Below, piece after piece: positions 6,069 to 18,000 of a stretch of 52,365 nucleotides of DNA (position 1 is the first letter of the stretch; every line of letters starts with the position of its first letter). Made by a program: the position numbers and the translations under genes. Source of the DNA: a virus (lineage: Duplodnaviria > Caudoviricetes); IMG/VR virus record IMGVR_UViG_3300007960_000033, positions 1-52,365 of that record. One strand, written 5' to 3'. A model generated the notes under the pieces. It was not told where the DNA came from. It saw nothing but the letters and a program-made list of their open reading frames with translations, and did not search any database.

Positions 6069-9000
6069 ATGGAAAAAGTAACTCTCAACAGCCTTGTACA
6101 TAATATAGTTCCAGATTATGTTTTAGAACAATATCCTCTTCTTATTGAATTTTTAAGAGAATATTATAAATCACAAGAAACTTCTGGAAATTCTTTAGAT
6201 ATTATACAAAATCTAAGTGACTATGTAAATATTGATAATATTACTAACCTAATAGAAAGTACTTCTTTATATTCTAATGTAACTTATTATGATAAAGAAA
6301 TATATGTAGATAGTATTAGAGGATTTTCTTCAAATCAAGGATTAGTTAAGATTGGATCAGAAGTTATATACTATGAAAATGCCATTTCTCTTCCTGATGT
6401 AGATTTTTTAGCAAGAATTGAACCAGGATTAAAAGAATTAAATAGTCTAGAAGCGGAAGATTTAAATACTTTACTCGGATGGTATGTAAAAGTTTATAAT
6501 CTTAGTGGTAAACTTATTAGTGAAGGTAAAATAGTAAGCTTGGCGGAAGGTGGAAATAGTGTTAATGTAGATTTTACTCCTATAGTTTCTGATGAAATTG
6601 ATGGGTATGAAAGATCTGAGCTTTATAGATGTGTTGTAAAAAGATCCAAATTTTCTGATTGCAAAAGAGGATTTTCTGCAATAACTGGACTAAGAAACAA
6701 TAAAGATACGAATAGACTTATTTTTGAAGAGACTAATGCGTCTAAACATGTAGTTGGAGATAAAGTATTAAACTTAAATATTATTTTACTAAAAGAGTTT
6801 TTTAATAAAATAAAAGTTCAAATATCTCCTGGATTTGAAAACGAAACTTTTTATTCTACACTAAATGAATCGACTTTTGTTAAGAATATAAGACAGTTTT
6901 ATCTTGCAAAAGGATCAGAGTGTTCTTTTGACCTTCTTTTTAAAGCTATTTTTGGAAAACCAGTAGATATTGTCATTCCAAGCAATAATCTAATAGAACC
7001 TTCTAGCTCTAGATACACTATTACAAAAAACGTTGTAGTAGAGTTATTAGAAGGAGATATTGAATCTTTACAAAATAGAACATTATATCAAGATGAGCAG
7101 TTTAATATTCCTCAAACAAGAGGAATTATAACAAAAGTTGAAACACTACAAAGAGATGATAAGAACTTTTATACTCTTTACATAGACAGTTCGGTAGAAG
7201 AAAACTATGATTCTACTTATGGAAACTTTACTATACATCCCAAAACAAAAAATATTCAAAAAATATCAAAACTACAAAACTTTATTGATGTCGATTCAAC
7301 TATTGGATTTCCATTAAGTGGAACTTTGATTATAAAAGATGTTGATGGATTTGATCGTAAAATACAATATGGTTCAAAAACATCTACACAGTTTTTAAAC
7401 TGTACTAATGTCCTTTATGATTTTGAACTAGGATCAGATGTTTACTTAGATGTTTTTGCATATGTAAGAACATCTAAAAATCCAACTAAAGTAAGAATAA
7501 CAGGAGTTCTTGATAATGACATAAACCTTTCAAATCTTGGAATCAAATATCTGAAAAAAGGTGATGTTTTACCATATAAAACACTTGGAATAGATTTAGA
7601 AAATGATCCAAGAACAAATTGCTGGATTTATAACATCTCTAAAGATTATGATGTCAAATCTATAGTTTTAGTTGATGAAAAAGATTTTACATATACGGTT
7701 GTTTTATATGACAAGCATGATTTTTCTGTTGGACAAGGTATTAAACTTTTTCCAAACATTGGATTTGTAACCTTTAATGGTAATGTAATAGAATATATTA
7801 ATGAATATTCTGTTTCTGTCAGGGGAACAAGAGTTTTATTGGATCCAAATGTAAAATATACTTTACAAAAAAAGGTTAATAAATCAAACTTTAATGGGAT
7901 AACTAGTTATCCATCAGATGTTCAAAATACTTATTATGATAAAGAAACCAAAGATGTTTATGTAAACTCTCAATCGTTGCCTCTTTATAGACCATCATTC
8001 GAAGTTGAAGAACTAAACGTAAATAAGAGAACTAGATCTTTTTCAGGAAATTTTGATAATGATACTCTTATTGATATTGGTAAGCATGGTTTTTATACTG
8101 GAGATGCTGTAGTATATAAACCAAGGGTTATAGCATATGTACCAAAATATGTGATTGAGTCAAATGGTGTTACAAGCTATAAGTTTATAAATCCAGAAAA
8201 TGGTGAGTATGAAAATAATCCTACTTTAACTTTAATAAGAGGAAAAACATATACATTTTCTAATTTTACAGGAATACATCCTCTTAGGATTCAAGAAGAA
8301 AGAAATGGAGTTATTTCAGATCAATATAATAACGGTATTAAAAATAACGATGTTTCTAATGGAATATTATATTGGGAAGTTCAAGAAGATACACCAGATG
8401 TATTATATTATCAATGCCTAAAACATCTATCGATGGGTGGAGTTATTAATATTATTGATGAATCTCAGCAACAAAATTTAAATATTAATAAGGGAATATA
8501 TTATGTTAAAAGAATAACCGATAGAACAATACAACTTTATTCAAGTAGATCTAACATTTATACAAATAAGCCCGTTTTATTAACGGGAACAGTAAATGGA
8601 GATACTATTGAATCTTACGATTACACATATAAAAACTTTGATACTAGAAATATAGATCCTCAAGATATTATAAGAAAGATTCCATTATCACCAAAACATA
8701 ATCATACTAATAATAGTATGATGAGAAAAATGACAAAACCAGGTACAACTGGTATTTGGAGAAATGGAATTGAGGTCTTAAACTATAAATCTAAAGATTT
8801 TTTCAAGTATGGAAAAATAGAATCTGTTGATATACTTTCTAAAGGATCTGGATATGACGTTATTAATATTCCAGCAATAAAAATAACAGATTTAAAAGGA
8901 TCTGGATGTTCTGCTACAGCTTCTGTTAAAGGATATTTAAAGTCTATTGAGGTAATAGATTCTGGTTTTGATTATAAAGATGTTCCTGTCATAAAAATAT

Positions 9001-12000
9001 CTGGTGGAAATGGATTTGGCGCATCTGTTAAAGTTAATCTTGAAAAATATGAGCATTATTCAGTATTTGATTCTTCATCAATAGATGTTTCCTCCGATAT
9101 TATTGGATTTTCAACTTATCATAAGTTTAAAAATGGAGAACTAGTAAAATATGATCCTCAGGGACAAAAGGCTGTTGGTGGCATTACTACATCTGGATAT
9201 TATTATGTCTCTATAGTAGATCCTTGGAATATAAAGTTGCATAGATCTGAAAAATCAGCATCTTCTGGAATAGGAACAATAAATCTATCGCAATTTGGAA
9301 TAGGAAAACATAAACTTATATCAAGTACTAAAAAGAATAGAGTTAAGAACATAGAAGTTCTAAATCGTGGTAGTGGATACGAGACAAAGTTTAGATCTTG
9401 TTCTTCATCTGGAATCAGTACATTCAAAAATACAATAACTATAAACAATCATGGATATGAAAGTGGAGAAATAGTATCTTATAATCCAACAGTATCTCCA
9501 GTTTCTGGACTTTCTTCATCTACTGATTATTATGTACTAAAAGTTGATAATAATAGTTTTAGGTTATGTGAAATATCAGGAATTTCTACCCAAAAGGATA
9601 TTTTTTATAAACAAAAAAAATATATAAGATTTTCTGGATCTCCTACAGGAGAACATAATTTTAAATACCAAGATATTGAAGTAACAATAGAAGGAAGATC
9701 ATCATTAAACTTTACAGATTTAAATGCAGAGACTGGAGCTGTTATTAGACCCATTTTTAGTGGTGAAATTGATTCAATATTTGTAAAAGATGGTGGATCA
9801 AAATATGGTTCTGATATTATTAATTTTGATTCTCAACCAAATATAGAAATACTTCAGGGAAGAAATGCGAGATTAAAACCAGTTGTCAGTGAAGGAAAAA
9901 TTGTAACTGTTATAATAGAAAATCCTGGTAAAGATTATTATTCTATTCCTGAAATTAATGTTATTGGTTCTGGTGTTCAAGCTGTATTACTTCCAGTAAT
10001 AGAAAATGGATTTATTGTAGATGTTATAATACAAAATCCAGGGATTGGATATTCTAAAGATTCAACTAAACTAGTAGTTTCCAATAGAGGAAAAAATGCA
10101 TCATTAAGAGCGAATATTCAAAAATGGACTATAAATCTGGTTGAAAAGTATATAAACTCACAATTAGTATCACCAGAAGATGCTTTTCTATATGAAGGAA
10201 AAGATAAGAGAAGAGGTATTGAATTTGTTCATACTTATGCTCCAAGAAAACTTAGACAGATTTCTTTAGCACAAAGATTTTTAAATGGGCAAGTAACATA
10301 TAATCCAGATTTAGAGCTTATTAATGGAACTGAGTCAGAGTCTCTTTCACATTCTCCAATACTTGGATGGGCTTATGACGGAAATCCTATTTATGGTCCA
10401 TACGGATTTTCTTCTAGAACTGGCGGAAAAATAATCCAGATGAAGTCTGGATATTCCCTCAGAAGTGATTTAAATAAAGATAAAAATAGATTAGATTTAA
10501 ATTTATATCCAGCAGGATTTTTTATCGAAGATTATATTTTTAATGACTCTGGTGATTTGGATGTACATAATGGCAGATACACAATAACTCCAGAATATCC
10601 TAATGGAACATATGCATATTTTTGTACTTTAAATACTTTTTCTGATACTAATGGACCATTTAAGTCATATAAAAAACCGTCTTTTCCTTATGTTATTGGA
10701 AATTATTATGTTTCAGATCCAATAGATTTTAACTTTAGTCCTTTTTCAAACTTAAGTGATTACAATCTTGATAATAGTAATTTATTGAGAAATACAAATC
10801 CATATAACTTTGATTACAAAAATACCAGATATCCATATTTAAAATACGATAGATCTTATAGAAATCAAAATGCTATTGTAAAGTCTACAACTTTTGGAAA
10901 TATTAATAGTATTGGAATAGTAACTGGAGGTTTTGATTATAAAGTTGGAGATAGAGTAGTATTTGAAAGTCAGATAGATTCATTTAGAGCAAAAGCAGAA
11001 GTATCTAAAGTAAGAGGTGAAGAAGTATCTTCTATTGAAGTTATTTCTGATGATACAAAAACTTGTGATATTATAAAAGTAAATAATAGATTTGTTGGAT
11101 TTACTTCAGATCCTCATGGATTTACTAATAGAGAAGTATTAAGTTTATCATTTAACAATAATAAACTAACAACATCTCCTATAAAAGTTGATTATAATAT
11201 TGTTACTTTAAAAGAATCTTTACCAGAAGTTTCTTCGACTGGTATTGTTACATATATTTCTGTCATTACTAATTTTGAAAATATTTATGCGGATGATGTA
11301 TATGAATCAAATGGAGAAAAGTTTAAAGTATTAAAAATAGATTCTCCAAATTCTAGACTACTTGTGCAGAGAGAATATTTAAATTCTATTGGAACATCAC
11401 ACGTATTATCTTCTGGATTAGTGGAAGATTCTAGAAGGTTTGAGTTATCAATACAAAATAGTTTTGTAACTGAGTTTACAAATAAATATCAAAATTCAAT
11501 TTATATTGAACCTTCACTTGATGTTGGTATTGGAACAATAACCATCAATATAACAAATCATAACTTAAATACTGGAGATATTTTAGATTATTCTTTTGAG
11601 GGAGGTTCTTCTATTATTTCTAATGGATTCTCACTTTCAGATGCTCCAGAAATATTTGTTTCTAGAATAAATTCAAATACTATTGGATTGACCACCACTT
11701 TATCTGGAATATCAACAAATCCACAACTATTAGTATTTGATAGTGTTGGTATTGGTTCTGTTCATAAGTTCACTCCAATATATCAAAATAAACTAAGATG
11801 TAATATATTTGATGATAGAATAAAGGTAACAACAACTACTCCACATGGATTAAATGTTGGTGATTCTTTTGAAGTTAAAGTAGTTAGTGGAATAACAACA
11901 ACATTTAAAGTTGAATACAATAGAGAAAATAGAAGAGTTATTATTGGAAGAAGAGATTTTCCATCTTCTGACGTAAACGTTCTAGAAAACTATATTACTT

Positions 12001-15000
12001 TACCAAATCACAAGTTTTATTCTGGACAAGTTGTAATATACAAAACTAACTCTATATTACCAACTGGATTAATAAACAATCAAATATATTATGTTTCTGT
12101 AATAAACAAAGATAGAATAAAATTATGCCAAACCCAGTATGATGCGAACATCGGTTTAAATGCGGTAAACATTACAGATGCTGTTTCTGGATCTATTTTA
12201 CCAGTTAATCCTCCATTAGAAATATATCAGTATTCAGAAGTAGTTTTTGATTTATCAGACTCTTCCTTGTCAATAAATGAACTTAGATCTAGAGAATCTT
12301 TTGATTTTAGATTATATTGGGATCATCATTTAATGCATGAGTATTTTACTTCAGCAACTAGAAAGGAGTTTAATGTTTTATATCAAGGATCTATTGGAGT
12401 AAGTAGTGATGCTTCTGTAAGATTGAGAAATGTAAAAGATTTGCCATCTGAACTTTATTACAATTTATCTCCAAGAAATGTATTTGGAAATGATAAGGAA
12501 GTTGTTGAGTTATTTGTAGATACACAGGCAAATACTGGTGGTTATCACCATAATTCTATTAACATGCTTGAAAGCAAGTTTAATGGTAAATATGTAGTTA
12601 ATGATGTTACATTAACATCTTTTTCTGCACCTCTAGTAAAAAATCCAGAGTTTTCTAAATATCAAAAACAGACAGGAACATCTATTGAATATTATTTGGA
12701 TACTAAAAATGCTTCTGGTAAAATTGCTGATGTAAAAATTCAATCTTATGGAGAAGGATATAAGAAGATACCAAAAATAATCGATATATCTTCTGAAAAT
12801 GGTTATGGGGCAATATTAAAAGTAAACTCAGATAATATTGGACAACCAGTTAATATAGATTTTGACAACATTGGATTTGATTATTATTCTGATAATACTC
12901 TTAGACCAACATCACAAGTTCCTACAATATTAGAGCTTGACTATAAATCTTCGGTAGAAAGTATAGAAGTTATAAATCCAGGTAAAAGGTATTCATTACC
13001 ACCAGATATTATTGTAATAGATGGATTTACCAATAAAGTTTTAGATGATCTAGAGTTTTCTTATGATATTGTTAGAAGAAAGGTCGATATTATAAAAAAT
13101 ACTTATAATATATCCGAATATCCTTCAAGAATACTTACAATCAATAATACCAATGGTATTGGTATCAATACAATAACTTACAATAATGAAAATAAGCATG
13201 TTACTGTTGAAATAAACTCATCTTATAGTACATTAAATGAATTTCCATTTAATATTGGAGATAAATTTTTGATTGAAAATGTAAGTGTTGGTGTAGGAAC
13301 AACTGGTAAGGGATATAACTCAGAAAACTATAACTATACATTATTTGAAGTTATAGATAGTGATCCAAAACTTGGTGGTGTTGGAGCAACTGTAACATAT
13401 AGCTTAGAAGGACTTATTAATGTAGACGAGTATCCTGGAGATTATAATGTCTTCAACTCTTCTGGAAAAATAGTTCCAGAAAGTTATTTACCTCAGTTTA
13501 AATTAACTAAATTTAAAACCAAGTTTTTACCTCAAGAAGAAGTTATCTCTGAGTTAGGTTCCAGAGGAAAAATATTGAGTATTGATTATGAAAGAGACTT
13601 AATAAGAATTTCTACTTTTGATAAGTTTAATATTGGAGATGATTTGAAAGGATTGACATCTGGAAGAAGATCAAAAGTTATTAATGCTATTGATTCAGAA
13701 ATTGAATTTCCAGTTTCTGCTGGTTCTATTGTCAGAAATGGATGGTCAACTAAAAAAGGATTCTTAAATGATGACACACAAAGAATTCATGATAGTGATT
13801 ATTATCAGTATTTTTCATATTCTGTAAAATCTGAAGTTGATTACGAAAGATGGAATCCTTATGTAAAAAATCTTACTCATACTGTTGGATTTAAGAGATT
13901 TAGTGATTTATTAGTCCCATCAGAACCAGAAGAGTTTATTGGAATTAATACAGAACAAAATTCTGGAAATATTAGTGGAATAGCAGATATTTATCAAGTG
14001 GTTGATATTGATTGCTATAGTGATTTTGACACTTCTACAGAATCTTTAAGAGTAATAAATGAGTCTAGAAAATCAAAAGAAATACAACTCAAATCTAAAC
14101 TATTACAAGATTATGTTGAATCAATAGGAAATAGAGTTTTAAGTATTGATGATATTTCCCCACAATTTAATCAAGAGATACGAGCTACTAGATATTCTGA
14201 TATAGATTCTTATACAAGAACTGTAGGATTTAGAAAATATTTTGTAGTTGTTGAAAATATTGATAATCCAGTTGAAAGACAATCTGGAATTGTATTATTA
14301 CTTTCTGATGGTTTAAATGTTTTTAATGTTGATTACGGTAAAACAATTCCAAAGAATAATGATCTTGGTGATTTTGATGCAGAAATTTCTGGTACTGATG
14401 TTATTTTAAGATTTTTCCCAGATGAATATAAAATATCAAATTATTATGTGTTTGCAACATCATTAGAACTTGATACAAATATTATAGGAGTTGGATCATT
14501 ACCAATATTAGGTGATGCAGTTTCTATGTATTCTGAACAGAAACACAATATTGGAATCGGTAACACTGAAATATTAAGACTTCCTTTATCAAATACCTCC
14601 AATAAACTTATAATACATGTATCTGCAGATAATGGATATGTACAAACTGATGAGATTATAATAACAAGTGATGGAAATGATATTTATTTAAATGAATATG
14701 GATTCCTCAATAGTTCTGGAGGAAGTTCAAATAGTACTCCAGGAATCGCAACATTTAGTTATTCTATAGATGGATCCGAAATTGTAGTTTTAACTGATAT
14801 TGATACACCAAATGCAACATCTTTTAATGTAGATACTTCTGTAACTACATTTTCATCTAATGCTATTGGAGTTGGGACAGCATCAATAAATGGCGCTTTA
14901 CTTGAAACATCATACAAATCTATTTCATCATCTCCATCACCATCTGCTGTAGGAATATCTTCGTTTGGACCAAGATATGATGCTGCATATGTTTTAGCTT

Positions 15001-18000
15001 CTGTTCAAGATTTGACAAATGGAACTCATTTTTATACAGAATTTGTTGTTATGTCATCTTGGAATAAATCTATTGAATATGTTAATGGAATGGTGGCAAG
15101 TGGAACAGACATTGGGATTGGAACTTTTGGAGCTTCGTCTGATGGAAGCTTCTGTACAATAGAGTTTACTCCAGAACCAGATATAAATGTAGATGTAAGA
15201 ATGTTCCAGTTTAATATTGGATATTATGATGATTTGATTGAACCAGAAGAAATCATTGATTTAGGAAATATGAAGATTGATTCTGGATGGGGAGAATATG
15301 TTGGTACAGATTTGAGTATAAGAAAATCATTTGATTTATATCATAAAGAACAACCATTATTCCAAAAAATAGTTAATCCAACATTACAAGAAACTTTTAA
15401 CTTTGATGATAATATTTTAAATGTTCCTGGACATTATTTTGTTACTGGAGAAGAGTTGGATTATAAATATAGATTCTCAGATTTTTCCAGCGATAATGCT
15501 ATTTCTATTGCATCAACAACAGTTCCTGGAATAGGAGTTACTGACAAACTTCCAACAACAGTTTATGCCGTTAGAGTTGATAATCTTAGTATTAAATTGG
15601 CAGCTACAGCAGAAGACGCATTAGCATTTACACCAAAAGTTTTTGAGTTTACTTCTTTAGGAATAACAACAGATCATTATTTAACATGTAAAAAACAAAA
15701 TACAAGAGCTCTAATATCTTTAGACAATATTATTCAAGCACCTGTAGTTTCTTCATCAACAACATCAACCTTAGCAATAGAATCTACTCCATTTAATGCT
15801 ATTCTAGAGTTTAGCGATGTATCTGGATTCGCTGGTGGTGATTTAGTTCAAATTGATGATGAGATTATGAGAATATTTGTCATCGGATTTAACGACAATC
15901 CAAATAATGTCTATACAACTAGAGGTTTTATTGGTACTAAGAGAGCTTCACATTCTTCTGGATCTATTGTTACTAAAGTTACTGCTAACTATAATATTGT
16001 TGATAATACTGTTTATTTTCCAGAAGCTCCTTTTGGAAACGTTCAGTTTGAAAATCCATTAAACAAACCAGATGAAGTTGATTATTTTGGATTAGATGTA
16101 AGATCTAAGTTTAATGGAAGAGTTTTTATGAGGTCATCTCAAGAGGGAGGATCTCAAGATCCATACTATAATAACTTTATTTTAGATACTATAAGTGATA
16201 AATTTACAGGATTTGATACTGATTTTGTATTGAAAAGTTTTGGGGGAAATATTACTGGTATTGCATCTCAACATGCTGCAATACTCATCAATAATGTATT
16301 CCAAATTCCAACTGCAACATTTGTAGATGGAAACTATGATATGCTTGAAAATGGTGGAGAAACAACGATTAAATTTGTTGGTTATAATACAAGTAGATAT
16401 TATGATATAAACATGTCTGGATTACCCAGAGGGGGAATGATTCTTTCTATTGGATCATCTGAAGGTTTGGGTTATCAGCCATTAGTTTCTGCTGGTGGAA
16501 CAGCAATAATATCACCATCAGGATCTATTTCAAATATTTCAATTGGAAATTCTGGATCTGGATATAGATCTGGCATACAAACTTCTATTAAAATTGGAAT
16601 AAAAACAGAATCTTTATCTAAACATGTTGAATATATTGGATTTGCAACATCTTATAATGGTTCTATAGTTTCTATCGCAATAACTAATCCTGGAACTGGT
16701 TATACAGCATCAAATCCACCCATAGTTGTTTTTGATGATCCTTTCCCATATCACAATATACCTTTACAATATCAGCCTCCATATACTGGTGTTGGTACTG
16801 AAGCTTATATCGATCTTGTTGTTGGAAATGATTCTAGTGTTATTAGTTATGAAATAAAGAACTATGGTTATGGTTTTGCAATAAGAGATATTTTAACATT
16901 ACCAACTGGAGGAGAAACTGGAATACCAACAACATCTGAATATGGTTCTTTTGAAAACTTTAGTATTATTGTAGATTCTGTATATACTGATGATTTCTCT
17001 GGTTGGCATTTTGGAGAACTTCAACCTATCGATTCTATTAACAATCTTATTGATGGTGTTAGAAGATTTTTCCCAATATCTATTGATGGTCAGCAAACGA
17101 CTATTAGATCTAAACAAGGTTCTGAGATTGACGTACAATCCACATTATTAGTGTTTGTCAATGATATATTACAAGTTCCTGGAGAAGGATATGTATTTGA
17201 AAATGGAAGTATTATAGAGTTTCCAAATCCTTTAGAAGTTGGTAGTAAAGTTTCTATTCTATTTTATAGAGGAAGTGGAGATATTGATACAAAAGATGTT
17301 AATATTTTAGAACCAGTTGAAAAGGGAGATATGTTAATCATTGAAAGTGATGACCCATTATATGAACAAAATCAAAGGCAGATATCAGATATTGTAAATA
17401 CAAATACAGTAGAAACTAATGCTTACTCTGGTCCAGGATTAGATAAAAGTGAATCTATTATTAGACCAATAAAGCTCTGCTTACAAAAAAATGATATTTC
17501 TGTAAATGGAGAATATATTGGAAAATCTAGATCTATCTATGAACCATATATTTTACCAGTTGCAAGATTGATTCATCCAGTTGATGTAAACTCGACAGAT
17601 GTTTATGTTGATAATGTTAAGATTTGTTTTGATGATTTAAGAGAATATTCTGAGAATAAGAGTTTACAACAGTCTATTAGCATAGTTTCTCAAGATATCT
17701 TAGTATCAGCAGCTGCTACAGCAGTTGTATCTGCTGCTGGAACTATTTCATCCATTGTGTTTAGTAATACTGGACTTGGTTATACATCTGGACCAAGGGT
17801 AATAGTACCAAATCCTCCAGTATCATCTTTTATTGATCAAAATGATTTTTATACCAACCAAACTATTATAACAACAACAGTTTCTAATGGATCAATAGAT
17901 TCATTTAATATAATATCTTCTGGAACTGGGTATACTTCAACAAACCCACCATATGTCATTATTGATCCACCAGTTTCAGTTGCAGAAGATATTGTAAATG

